From: an uncultured Candidatus Saccharibacteria bacterium
Lineage (GTDB): Bacteria; Patescibacteriota; Saccharimonadia; Saccharimonadales; Saccharimonadaceae
Length of the DNA stretch: 64,000 bases
Assembly: GCA_946414345.1 (NCBI GenBank)
Contig: CAMKOB010000002.1
Coordinates: 6,540 to 70,539 of the forward strand
Direction: 5' to 3'
Shown: positions 23,956 through 33,400 of the stretch, piece by piece
Layout: every line of letters begins with the position of its first letter
Position numbering within the stretch: position 1 is the stretch's first letter
The notes under the pieces: model-generated
What the model saw: the letters and a program-made list of their open reading frames with translations, nothing else
Told to the model about the DNA's origin: nothing
The model's database searches: none
Position numbers and translations under genes: made by a program

Positions 23956-24458
23956 AGGTTTATTATACCATACATAGCGATGCCGGCGGCAACAGAAACG
24001 TTGAATGATTCTTTTTGGCCTCGCATTGGAATCTCGACAAACAGGTCAATTATATCATAGAGTGAATTATTGATACCTTTTACTTCTTCGCCAAGTACTA
24101 GTATTATTTTCTCTTTTAAATTTCTTTTCAGCTCTGTGCTTCCAAGGCGATATAAATTTGATACAGTAATGTTATTTTCTAGGCCGACAATTTGCCACCC
24201 CTGTTTGTGGCGATTTTTAAGGTCTAAAAATATATCATCCGACGCATATATATCCAATAAATCTTCTGCTCCAAGTGCAGTTTTATGAATCTCTTTGTCT
24301 AATTTGTCTCGTAGATGAGGAAGCAGTTTTTTGTCGTGTACTTTTGGAGTATAACCTGATAGAATGACCTCTTTGGCGCCAAAACCTTCTGCAGTGCGGA
24401 GGATTGCGCCGACATTATAACAAGAACGAATATTGTGCAGTACTACTATGAATTCCAT
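23952..24458 (-). CDS. SpoU/TrmH-family RNA 2'-O-methyltransferase
   Basis: NIRSCYNVGAILRTAEGFG, LVLGEEVKGI, IPMRGQKESFNVSVAAGIAMY. Start moved to ATG 24458 (MEFIVVLHN). Confidence 0.85.
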   Translation of the reverse strand: MEFIVVLHNIRSCYNVGAILRTAEGFGAKEVILSGYTPKVHDKKLLPHLRDKLDKEIHKTALGAEDLLDIYASDDIFLDLKNRHKQGWQIVGLENNITVSNLYRLGSTELKRNLKEKIILVLGEEVKGINNSLYDIIDLFVEIPMRGQKESFNVSVAAGIAMYGIINL

Positions 24459-24466
24459 ATCACATA

Positions 24467-24475
24467 TGATATAAT
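24467..24475 (+). promoter_or_regulatory. Extended -10 (TGATATAAT) 7 nt upstream of ATG 24483 (leaderless)
   Basis: TGATATAAT, then ATTTTTT, then ATG. Confidence 0.5.
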
Positions 24476-24482
24476 ATTTTTT

Positions 24483-25040
24483 ATGAAAAAGCAACTATTG
24501 CAATCTTTGAATCGCGATTTTTTGGTGGAGAATGCGGAGATTTTTGATATGCTTTTGACTGGACAGGTAGCAACGGTGCCAACCGAAACAGTTGAGGGTT
24601 ATGCGGTGTATCTTGAGTCTGAAAAAGGTATACGCGATTTAATGCGAATAAAAGATCGAGATTTTAATTCAGGGAAGGTTTTTACTTTGGTGCCGGAATC
24701 GAAAGAAGTGATCTCTCAGTATGCTATTATACCGAAAGTGGCGGAAAATTTAATAGATAACTATATCCCTGGCGAGTTAACGCTGATTTTGCCTAAAAAT
24801 CCAAATTTTCGACATTTTTATTACGACCATTTTGAAACGATAGGTATTAGAATTCCGGATCACGATTTATTTAAATATATTGGAAAGGTGGTGGGGCCGG
24901 TGCTTTTGACGTCGGCTAATCCTCGGGGCGGAATTCCAAAGTCGATTACAGGACATAAACCTTCTACGATTGTGGATTTTACTGGTAGTAAACCGAAAGT
25001 AATCCGGCAAGGTAATTTGAGGCTTGATGGAATCGACTAA
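24483..25040 (+). CDS. tsaC: L-threonylcarbamoyladenylate synthase (TsaC/YrdC/Sua5 family)
   Basis: VPTETVEGYAV, GELTLILP, IGIRIPDH, GPVLLTSANPRG, STIVDFTG...VIRQG. Start taken as MKKQLLQ. Confidence 0.85.
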   Translation: MKKQLLQSLNRDFLVENAEIFDMLLTGQVATVPTETVEGYAVYLESEKGIRDLMRIKDRDFNSGKVFTLVPESKEVISQYAIIPKVAENLIDNYIPGELTLILPKNPNFRHFYYDHFETIGIRIPDHDLFKYIGKVVGPVLLTSANPRGGIPKSITGHKPSTIVDFTGSKPKVIRQGNLRLDGID

Positions 25041-26035
25041 AGCTGGACTGTGGACTGGGCTTTGTCATTGTAGCATATTTCACCTAGATAGGCTTTTTTT
25101 AGGTCTTCTGTGTTGTATTCGCCACAAGATGCTGCTACTAATGAAGTTCTAAAGTATTGCCATTCGGAGTATGGACTAGTTCTGTAGAACTGAGAATTCC
25201 CGTCGTTTGTCGAAACAATGATGGTTTGATATGGCTTAAATTCGCTATCTTTGATTTTGATACCTAAACTAATCATTTTTTCTGGATATTTGTTAGTTTT
25301 CTTATAATATGCGGCCTCAAGTGCGAGAAGCAGTGCTTTTTCTTCTTCGGTTAGCCAAGTCCAGCTGGTTTTGGCGCAGGAAACGTAAACATTTTCTGCT
25401 CCAGTTTTTTCGTTGGTGACAGCATATACACCACAGACAATCTCTTTTTCGTTGTTAATATATTCATAAGTTGTAGGCATTGGTGCAGAGGTGGCGTGCG
25501 GCATCTCGCCGACTAGTTTGTAGCCGTTTTCTGCAAGCGTGGCTTTGACTTTTTCCATATCTGTGGCGATGGTTTTGGCGAGGCTTAGACGTAGGTTGAT
25601 ATGCGTATTAAAACCCTCTGGAACATAGAAAATTTCAAGATTGCTGTTGGTGGTAATGGCAGAGGAATTTTTTTCGACATTTGTGGCTAGAATGTTTAGA
25701 ATTTCGGTTACTTCTTCGTTGCCTTCAACTGTGTTGATGTCGATATTTTGGGCGTAGCCTCCATCTGAATCATCGTCATCAGTAGTGCTATGTGACGGAA
25801 TACCACTAGTTTGGCTTTCTTTTTTAGGCAGGAATGATACGATACCAAAGACAATTGCCAGGAGAGCAAATAGGCCGGTGGTGATACTTAATATGACAAT
25901 TTTTCGGCTAGAATTATCTGGCCCGCTTGCAATGACTTGTTTTTCCGGGTCCGTTGTCGTTGTGCTCGACTCAGTTGTTGTTGGTGCGCCAACTGTTGGA
26001 TCGGCTGGCGTTTGTATATTATTATTGTTTTCCAT
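25037..26035 (-). CDS. Hypothetical membrane-anchored extracytoplasmic protein
   Basis: AAGAGGAA Shine-Dalgarno. Thr/Ser-rich N-terminus, one TM helix (IVILSITTGLFALLAIVFGIVSF), and a ~250-aa outside domain with 4 Cys. No family recognised. Its stop overlaps the convergent tsaC stop. Confidence 0.6.
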   Translation of the reverse strand: MENNNNIQTPADPTVGAPTTTESSTTTTDPEKQVIASGPDNSSRKIVILSITTGLFALLAIVFGIVSFLPKKESQTSGIPSHSTTDDDDSDGGYAQNIDINTVEGNEEVTEILNILATNVEKNSSAITTNSNLEIFYVPEGFNTHINLRLSLAKTIATDMEKVKATLAENGYKLVGEMPHATSAPMPTTYEYINNEKEIVCGVYAVTNEKTGAENVYVSCAKTSWTWLTEEEKALLLALEAAYYKKTNKYPEKMISLGIKIKDSEFKPYQTIIVSTNDGNSQFYRTSPYSEWQYFRTSLVAASCGEYNTEDLKKAYLGEICYNDKAQSTVQL

Positions 26036-26161
26036 CCCATTCCTCTTAATGCTTATTTTTATTATAGCACAATTTTATGAAAAAACTTTTTTAATTTGTT
26101 CTTGCGAAGTTGAAAAAATGTGGTATAATGGACCAAAGTATCTATTAATTAAGGAGCTAAA

Positions 26162-26332
26162 ATGCCTGAACCTAAAAAACAGAGTAGCCCACGAAAGACA
26201 GGGCTTCGTCGTAGTCATCTGCGATTGAAATTGGCACGACGGGTGAATAAGACATCCCCAGTGAAGGTCTTTGAAACAAAAAAGAAGACCCCAAATCTTA
26301 AAGTAAAAACAGTTAAGAAAAAAGAGTCATAA
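26162..26332 (+). CDS. rpmF: 50S ribosomal protein L32 (bL32)
   Basis: Own translation: [33 protein letters not shown]... (56 aa). AAGGAG Shine-Dalgarno, and TGGTATAAT upstream. Confidence 0.8.
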   Translation: MPEPKKQSSPRKTGLRRSHLRLKLARRVNKTSPVKVFETKKKTPNLKVKTVKKKES

Positions 26333-26333
26333 A

Positions 26334-26957
26334 ATGGCAAGCAATCGACATTTAGGTAGAGTAATAGTTCTGCAAAGCTTATATGAATATGAGCTTAGGG
26401 AGCTTGCTGGTGACCAAGAAGTCGATCTTGACACTATCATTGCGAAAGACATTGAGCCATATGAAAAAACTCTCGGTGACACGGAGTTTGTATATGGTTT
26501 GGCGCACAAAGTAAAAGAAAATTTTGAAACTTTGGATAAGGCGTTGCAGCCAATGGCGCCAGAATGGCCGATTAGTTCGATTTCGGCAATTGATAGAAAT
26601 ATACTCAGGATGGGACTTTATGAGTTATCAGAATGCGGAGATAGTATTCCGCCACGGGTAGCCATAAATGAGGCTGTAGAGCTCGCAAAAGCGTTTGGAT
26701 CTGAGAATTCCTCGAAGTTTATAAATGGAGTACTTGGGACGGCTTATAAAGAGCTCGGAATCACAGAAGAAGATAATTATGAACCAAGAGACAAATCCGC
26801 TGGAAAAGGCGGTGAGGAACGTAGCGAACGAACAAAACCAGCAAAAAAAGCTAAATCAACAAGCGACGAGTCAACAGAAGTTGAAGCAGCGGCAGATGAT
26901 GGAGCGACAGAGGCTGGTGAATCAACGGTTGAGGGAGCAAGCGGAACGCAGGCGTAG
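26334..26957 (+). CDS. nusB: Transcription antitermination factor NusB with an acidic/Ser-Thr-rich C-terminal tail
   Basis: [45 protein letters not shown]...KFINGVLG. ~65-aa tail beyond the NusB fold. Confidence 0.85.
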   Translation: MASNRHLGRVIVLQSLYEYELRELAGDQEVDLDTIIAKDIEPYEKTLGDTEFVYGLAHKVKENFETLDKALQPMAPEWPISSISAIDRNILRMGLYELSECGDSIPPRVAINEAVELAKAFGSENSSKFINGVLGTAYKELGITEEDNYEPRDKSAGKGGEERSERTKPAKKAKSTSDESTEVEAAADDGATEAGESTVEGASGTQA

Positions 26958-27006
26958 GTTGCTTCTTGCCAATCAACAGAGATTGCGAGAAGCAAAAGCG
27001 CGGGCA

Positions 27007-27600
27007 ATGAACCAGCACGTGGCTGCGGCTCATATACGAGAAGAAGCCGAGCCGCGAGAGGCTAGATTAAAAGTTCCTGAAGCTTTGCCGACTGAAAATG
27101 AGGTCAAGGAATCACCTTTTAAAAAATTGACTTCAGCGGTTTTTCGTAGAAAAGTTCCTATTCAAGAAATTGTGCGAGAGCCTACTTCTGGTGGGATTGT
27201 TTTTCGCATGACACCGGATGAAAAAGATATTGAAATTTTATTAATCCAGGATTCAAAAGGACGTTGGACTATTCCGAAGGGACATATTGAGCCGGGCGAA
27301 ACTGCAAAAATGACCGCGCGACGTGAAATTGAAGAGGAAACTGGTCTTAAGAATGTTGATATTTTATCTTGGCTTGGTAAGATTCATTTTAAATATCGTA
27401 GGGCGGATAAACTAGTGTTAATGACGACGCAGATTTATTTAGTGCAGGCGATGGATGTTAAGGAACGTCCAATGGGTGAAAAATGGATGAAGGGGATACA
27501 ATGGTTCCCCTTCGCGGAAGCCCTTAATTTAATAGAGTATGAAGATATTGAGAAGTTGATGTTAATCGCTAAAAAACGGGTGCGAGCGGGCGACTTTTAG
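27007..27600 (+). CDS. Nudix hydrolase (start uncertain: in-frame ATGs at 26725, 26779, 26896/26899 and 27007)
   Basis: Nudix box GHIEPGETAKMTARREIEEETGL. 27007 is the first ATG that does not overlap nusB. Upstream in-frame sequence encodes a Gln/Arg-rich coiled-coil-like stretch. Confidence 0.7.
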   Translation: MNQHVAAAHIREEAEPREARLKVPEALPTENEVKESPFKKLTSAVFRRKVPIQEIVREPTSGGIVFRMTPDEKDIEILLIQDSKGRWTIPKGHIEPGETAKMTARREIEEETGLKNVDILSWLGKIHFKYRRADKLVLMTTQIYLVQAMDVKERPMGEKWMKGIQWFPFAEALNLIEYEDIEKLMLIAKKRVRAGDF

Positions 27601-27623
27601 CTTTATTTTGTTTTAAAAAAGTG

Positions 27624-27629
27624 TATAAT
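27624..27629 (+). promoter_or_regulatory. -10 box (TATAAT) 6 nt upstream of the rnc ATG (leaderless)
   Basis: GTGTATAAT, then TAAGCT, then the ATG at 27636. Confidence 0.45.
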
Positions 27630-27635
27630 TAAGCT

Positions 27636-28370
27636 ATGAAAGAAAGCATAAAGAATATTGATGTTGCGCCTTATCAAGAATTTGCGCGTGAGAAATTGGG
27701 TTTTGATTTTAATGATATTTCGCTTTTAGTGACTGCTCTTACGCACCGCAGTTATGTAAATGAACATAGGGCAACGGTGCATTCCCATAATGAGAGGCTA
27801 GAATTTCTTGGTGACGCGGTATTGGAGCTGGTGACATCGGATTATTTATATCGGAATTATAATGAGCCTGAGGGTGTAATGACAGCGTTACGTTCGGCTA
27901 TGGTGCGAACTGAGTCGATTGGTGATTCTGGGTATGCTTTAGGCTATGAGCCATTGGTGCGCTTATCTCATGGGGAGAAAAAAGGTTTAGAGCGAGCACA
28001 CGATGTGATTATGGCGGACTGTTTTGAAGCGGTGATTGGTGCAATTTATTTGGACCAAGGTTATGATACTGCAAAAGATTTTATATATAAGCATATTATT
28101 GTAAAAATCGATGAAATTATTGAGGAAGGGACTTGGCGTGATGCGAAGTCTTATGTACAGGAATTGGCACAGAAGATTGATGGTTCGACACCTGTTTATC
28201 ACACTTTGCATGAAGAGGGACCAGATCATGATAAGATGTTCCAGGTTGGTATTTTTGTGAATGATAAAATGATTGCGATGGGGGCGGGACACTCAAAGCA
28301 AGATGCGCAGACGCAGGCGGCGCGCGAAGCTGTAAAGGTATATAAAAAGCGTCAAAAAGATTCAAAATAA
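27636..28370 (+). CDS. rnc: Ribonuclease III
   Basis: Signature NERLEFLGDAVLELV, plus a C-terminal dsRBD (PDHDKMFQVGIFVNDKMIAMGAGHSKQDAQTQAAREA). Confidence 0.95.
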   Translation: MKESIKNIDVAPYQEFAREKLGFDFNDISLLVTALTHRSYVNEHRATVHSHNERLEFLGDAVLELVTSDYLYRNYNEPEGVMTALRSAMVRTESIGDSGYALGYEPLVRLSHGEKKGLERAHDVIMADCFEAVIGAIYLDQGYDTAKDFIYKHIIVKIDEIIEEGTWRDAKSYVQELAQKIDGSTPVYHTLHEEGPDHDKMFQVGIFVNDKMIAMGAGHSKQDAQTQAAREAVKVYKKRQKDSK

Positions 28371-28405
28371 TTTTTGAAGTTTTTGGTTGTTTAAAGGGGT
28401 AAACC

Positions 28406-28433
28406 TTGATTTTTTTGAAAAGTATGCTATAAT
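28406..28433 (+). promoter_or_regulatory. Promoter of the orphan gene at 28479
   Basis: TTGATT, a 16-nt spacer, then TGCTATAAT. Followed by a ~45-nt leader with AAAGGGGG before the ATG. Confidence 0.5.
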
Positions 28434-28478
28434 ATAAGTATATATTAGTGCTGTCGATAATATAAAGGGGGAATAATA

Positions 28479-29111
28479 ATGGCAGGGCAGATTAAGAAAA
28501 CGAACGGAGAGTATGAAGACATCATACGCAAGCTCTTCGCAGGTCAAGAAGGTGCTCTTATAAAGCTTGCCAAGATGCGTCGTGTTCAGTATGAACTCAG
28601 TCTGTGGCAAAGATACGATTTGCCTCTAAGCGAAGTACCAGCGAAATATAAACGTTATTTTTCCGAGAAATTCCTCAAGAAGGCTCGTATCGATGAGGTT
28701 TCCTATCGCACGCTTTCGGAAGCATTTCAGAAATTAAATGTTGCAGTAGGGATTGATGTTCCTGGGAAGCCTACTGGGTGTTATGCTCGGTGTTTAAGTC
28801 TCGTCGGTGAACTTAATGAAGCATTAACACGAAATAAGCTTCGTCCGATTGAGAATCCCAGGAAGTTTATCGATCGAATGACCTTTGATATCGAAGTGGT
28901 TACGGGTGCAGATGGAAGACCGGCAGTGGATAAACCCTATCATTCGCCGATTTGTCATTTTCACGATGAAGAAAATCGTCAGGTTTTTTGGAAGTTATTG
29001 CAGATTATTATGCGTTTTAAACTTCGTATATCGATGTATGGTGTCTTTGAGATTATGCGTATTATACGTCGCGAGGCCGTAAAGGCCCCTCCCAAGGATG
29101 GGGAGCCGTAA
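28479..29111 (+). CDS. Hypothetical 210-aa protein, no family recognised
   Basis: Has its own promoter, Shine-Dalgarno and terminator. Contains CYARC (CxxxC) and CHFH clusters. Confidence 0.6.
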   Translation: MAGQIKKTNGEYEDIIRKLFAGQEGALIKLAKMRRVQYELSLWQRYDLPLSEVPAKYKRYFSEKFLKKARIDEVSYRTLSEAFQKLNVAVGIDVPGKPTGCYARCLSLVGELNEALTRNKLRPIENPRKFIDRMTFDIEVVTGADGRPAVDKPYHSPICHFHDEENRQVFWKLLQIIMRFKLRISMYGVFEIMRIIRREAVKAPPKDGEP

Positions 29112-29130
29112 GGCTCCCCCTTTTTATTTT
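29100..29130 (+). terminator. Rho-independent terminator overlapping the stop of the orphan gene
   Basis: GGGGAGCC-GTAA-GGCTCCCC followed by CTTTTTATTTT. Confidence 0.75.
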
Positions 29131-29140
29131 GTGATTATTG

Positions 29141-29149
29141 TGTTATAAT
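29141..29149 (+). promoter_or_regulatory. Extended -10 (TGTTATAAT) of rpsP
   Basis: Followed by a 29-nt leader with AAGGAG before the ATG at 29179. Confidence 0.5.
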
Positions 29150-29178
29150 GGGGAAGTTAATAATTTTAAGGAGAAAAT

Positions 29179-29538
29179 ATGCTTGCGATTCGTATGCAGC
29201 GTAATGGCCGATCACATCTCCCGATGTATCGGATAATCGTCCAAGAAGCGCAGCGTCACCCTTTGTCTGGGCGCGTTGTAGCTGAGGTCGGTAATTACAA
29301 CCCAGCCACTAAGGCACTCGTCCTTGATAAAGAGGCGGTAAATAAGTATCTTAAAAACGGTGCTCACCCATCTTCTCGTGTTGCTTATATTCTTGAGAAG
29401 AATGGCATTAAATTGCCGGATTGGTATAAAAAAGTACCTGCGAAGTCTGTTAAAGCTAAGCATGCAGATAAACTTCGTAAGAATCAACCGAAAGAGGAAG
29501 CTCCGGCAGAAGTACCTGCCGAGACGCCGGCTGAATAA
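29179..29538 (+). CDS. rpsP: 30S ribosomal protein S16 (bS16)
   Basis: MLAIRMQRNGRSHLPMYRIIV...GNYNP N-terminal signature, with a Lys/Pro/Glu tail. Confidence 0.95.
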   Translation: MLAIRMQRNGRSHLPMYRIIVQEAQRHPLSGRVVAEVGNYNPATKALVLDKEAVNKYLKNGAHPSSRVAYILEKNGIKLPDWYKKVPAKSVKAKHADKLRKNQPKEEAPAEVPAETPAE

Positions 29539-29548
29539 AATAAAAATT

Positions 29549-29572
29549 GACCCCTTTACGGGGTCTTTTTTT
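29549..29572 (+). terminator. Rho-independent terminator after rpsP
   Basis: GACCCC-TTTAC-GGGGTC followed by TTTTTTT. Confidence 0.75.
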
Positions 29573-29587
29573 ATTTATTTTCCAGCC

Positions 29588-29616
29588 AAAAAATCACCGC
29601 AACGAGGTGATTTTTT
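29588..29616. terminator. Second, bidirectional-looking hairpin
   Basis: AAAAAATCACC-GCAACGA-GGTGATTTTTT. Confidence 0.55.
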
Positions 29617-29815
29617 AGACATATACAAGCTCTCAACTTTTGTGTTTTAAAACTCTCTAAGCCGACTCGCAGTTAGTTAGCTTAAGTTTTATTATACAGG
29701 TGCGGTTTAATAATGTCAATAGTTTTTTCTTAAATAGTTTTCCACATCAAAATGGTATGTTTACTTTACAAGTTGTGTTATAATATTTTTAAATAACTTT
29801 AACAATGGAGAAAAT

Positions 29816-30277
29816 ATGGCTACTATTGACCAACAATTCGTAGAATATATCGTAAAAACCTTAGTCAACAATCCAGATAAAGTATCGGTGGACCGAAAAA
29901 TTGATGAGAAAGGTGTTTTGCTGTCGCTTACCGTTGATCCAGAAGATGTGGGTAGAGTGATTGGAAAGCGTGGCGTAACGGCGCAATCTATTAGAATGCT
30001 TCTTAGGGCCCTTGGGACCAAGCAAGATGCGCGTTACAACTTGAAAATTGTAAATACTGATGAAGATGGTGAGCCGCGTGAAAAGCGTAAAGCTCCCGAA
30101 TCAGAGCCAAAGGCTGAAGAAGAAGCTCCAGTGGACGAGCCTGAAGAGAATGATGAGTCTGAAGAAGCTGAAATCGATGAAGAAATCGAAGATGATGATG
30201 AAGCGTCTGAGGAGACTTCTGATCTTGCCGAAAAAACTCGTGCAGAATTAGCTGATTTAGACGATTTGGACATATAA
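29816..30277 (+). CDS. khpA: KH-domain RNA-binding protein (KhpA/YlqC, UPF0109-like) with a ~75-aa acidic tail
   Basis: VGRVIGKRGVTAQSIRMLLRA (GXXG KH motif) in the first ~75 aa. The rest is Glu/Asp-rich. Usual position after rpsP. Confidence 0.8.
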   Translation: MATIDQQFVEYIVKTLVNNPDKVSVDRKIDEKGVLLSLTVDPEDVGRVIGKRGVTAQSIRMLLRALGTKQDARYNLKIVNTDEDGEPREKRKAPESEPKAEEEAPVDEPEENDESEEAEIDEEIEDDDEASEETSDLAEKTRAELADLDDLDI

Positions 30278-30306
30278 TTATTTATTAAAATATTGTCAAA
30301 TTTCTA

Positions 30307-30335
30307 TTGATTTTTTTGGAACGGTGATATATAAT
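30307..30335 (+). promoter_or_regulatory. Candidate rpoBC promoter
   Basis: TTGATT, a 17-nt spacer, then TATAAT. It would give a ~115-nt leader. Confidence 0.45.
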
Positions 30336-30457
30336 TCTTTATAAGAAGTGGTGTGCTTTGTTTTTAGTACTATGGGCGAGCTGGCGACTTGTCAGAGGAA
30401 AACATGGCAGTAATCTTCGGCGCTAAGATTAATAACAACACTAAAAAAAGAGGTAGA

Positions 30458-33400
30458 ATGGCTACAACAAAAAAGGTAGGTGAGAGAGTATTTTTCACCG
30501 AAGGTGACCAAGCTCTCCCAATTCCTGATTTGATTGCACATCAAAAGGATAGTTGGGATGACTTTGTCAAAAATGGCCTGAGAGAAGTTTTTGCTGAACT
30601 AAACCCGATAGACGACTATACGGGACAAAAATTATCTCTTCGGTTTAAAGATTATTATTTTAAAGAGCCAAAGGAAACTGAGCAGGTTGCGAAGTATAAT
30701 TTGGCTACCTATGAGGCACCACTACATGTTTTGGTGGAACTCGAAAATAAAGTGACGGGCGAGAAGAAAGAACAGGATATCTATTTTGGTGACTATCCTT
30801 GGATGACCGAACGCGCAACTTTTGTAATCAATGGTACGGAACGTGTAATCGTATCGCAATTGATTCGTTCGGCGGGTGTTTTCTTTAATGCTGAAACGAT
30901 TGGAGTGAGGCGCTATTATGGTGCGAAAATCATTCCTGGTCGTGGTGCATGGCTAGAGTTTGAAACTGCGGTGAATGGATCGATTAACGTGAAAATTGAT
31001 CGCCGCCGTAAGCTTCCAATCACAACTTTCCTTCGAGCTCTTGGCATGAGTAAATCTGATATCAAAAAGAGCTTTGAAAAGGTTGATGTTGGTGATACTA
31101 AATATATTGATGTTACGCTTGAGAAGGATACGACTTCTAGCCAAGGTGAAGCTTTGCTTGAAGTGTATCGTAGGATTCGCCCAGGCGATTTAGCAACGGT
31201 TGAGAACGCGAAATCAATGATTGAGCGAATGTTCTTTGACCCGAAACGTTATGATTATTCTGAAGTTGGTCGTTTTAAGATTAATCGTAGACTTAAATTA
31301 GATGCTCCAAATAAACCACAATACCGCACTCTTCAGATGGCTGATGTGGTGGCGATTATTTCGGAGATTATTCGTTTGAACAATACGCAAGATGCTCCAG
31401 ACGACATCGACTCGCTTTCAAATCGTCGAGTAAAACTAGTTGGTGAATTGGTTCAGAGACAGTTCCGTCTTGGTATGCTTCGCTTGCAACGAAACATCCT
31501 TGACCGTATGTCGATGGCAAATCCAGCTGACGTTACACCGTCACAATTGCTTAATGCAAGACCAGTCGTCGCTGCGGTAAAGGAATTCTTTTCTACCTCA
31601 CAACTTTCGCAGTTGATGGACGAAGTCAATCCATTTTCAGAGCTTGCCCACAAGAGGCGTCTATCCTCAATGGGCCCTGGTGGTTTGACGAGGGAACGTG
31701 CAGGGTTTGACGTGCGCGATGCTCATCCGACTCACTATGGTCGTATTTGTACTGTGGAAACACCGGAAGGTGGTAACGTGGGTTTGGTGTTGAACTTTGC
31801 AACATATGCCAGAATTAATAAATATGGTTTCATTGAAGCACCGTATCGTGTAGTAAAAAATGGCAAAGTGACAGATGAAATTGTCTATGTCGATGCTGAA
31901 ACTGAGAACGATATGATTATCGCTGATGCTTCGGTAAAATTGGACAAAAATGGTAAATTTGTAGAAGATTGGGTATCGGCTCGTGTGCATGGAGCGCCAG
32001 CGCACGTGGAAGCAAAAAGAGTTACCCACATTGATGCAGCTCATAAGGAAATTTTAGGTGTTTCTGCATCTTTAATTCCATTTGTAGAAAAGAACCGTGT
32101 TGACCGCTCTTTGATGGCTTGCGCAATGCAGAAACAGGCAGTACCTTTGCTTCGTCAAGATAATCCAATCGTTGGTACTGGTATTGAAGGTGAAGTTGCT
32201 AGAAATACCTCACAATTGATTACAGCCGAAGGTGCTGGTGTGGTGAAAAAAGCTGATGGCGTTTCAGTTATTGTAACTTATGACAAGGGTGGCGACAAAG
32301 AATACAAGCTGCAGCATTTTGAAAAAACTAACGATGATCGTTGTTATAACCAACGTTGTGTTGTGGCTCGTGGACAAAAAGTGAAGAAGGGCGATATTCT
32401 TATTGAGGGCGCTTCGATTCACAATGGCGAGCTTGCGCTTGGACGTGATCTATTGGTTGCATTTATGCCGTGGCGTGGTTATAACATGGATGATGCAATT
32501 GTGATTTCAAATCGTTTAGTTGAAGATGATACTTTGACGTCGATTAACATTAAAGACTTCGATGTTGAAGTGCGTGAGACTAAACTTGGCCCAGAGCAAG
32601 TGACGCGAGATATCCCAAATGTTTCTGAACATTCTTTAAGACATCTTGGTGAAGATGGTATCGTGACTGTTGGTGCTGAGGTAAAAAATGGCGACATCCT
32701 AGTTGGTAAGATTACACCAAAGGGCGAGCAAGAGCTTTCAAGTGAGGAACGATTACTTCGCGCAATCTTTGGCGAAAAAGCTAAGGATGTACGTGACACT
32801 TCGATTCGGATGAATGGTTCTTCGACTGGTAAAGTGGTGGATGTCCGTATTTATACCCGTGAACAAGGACATGAATTAAAGGCTGGCGTTATCATGCAGA
32901 TTAAGATTTTCGTTGCAGAAATGCGTAAAATTGGCGTAGGTGATAAGTTGGCTGGTCGTCACGGTAATAAAGGCGTGGTGTCTAGGGTTCTTCCGGTTGA
33001 AGATATGCCATTTATGGCAGACGGTACGCCAATAGATATTGTATTGTCTCCAATGGGCGTGCCAAGCCGTATGAACTTAGGACAGTTATTTGAAACCCAT
33101 CTTGGTATGGCAGCAAGAGCTCTTGGTTACACTGTGGCAACACCATCATTTAATGGTGTGCCAGATGAAATCATTAGCGATGAGCTCGAAAAAGCAGGCT
33201 ATGCTCGTGATGGTAGAATTCAATTATTTGATGGTTTGACTGGTGAGCCATTTAACGAAAGGACTTCTGTTGGTGTGATGCATATGCTAAAGCTTCACCA
33301 TATGGTGGAAGATAAGATCCATGCTCGTTCGACTGGTCCATATACGATGGTAACGCAACAGCCACTTGGTGGTAAAGCACAGAATGGTGGCCAGCGGTTC

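Noticed and set aside
26725-26778. The ATG at 26725 as the Nudix start (full 291-aa ORF)
   Set aside because: It would overlap nusB by 233 nt with no Shine-Dalgarno. It is kept only as a possibility in the overlap finding.
30389-30457. Upstream extensions of rpoB (TTG 30389), rpoC (33849), secY (37748), thyA (50789), sbcB (6904), the SpoU methyltransferase (24494), tsaC (24435) and holB (58227) as given by the ORF track
   Set aside because: In each case an internal ATG with a Shine-Dalgarno or a TATAAT-N6/7 context coincides with where the conserved family N-terminus begins. The extensions are hydrophobic or low-complexity junk, or they overlap the upstream gene.
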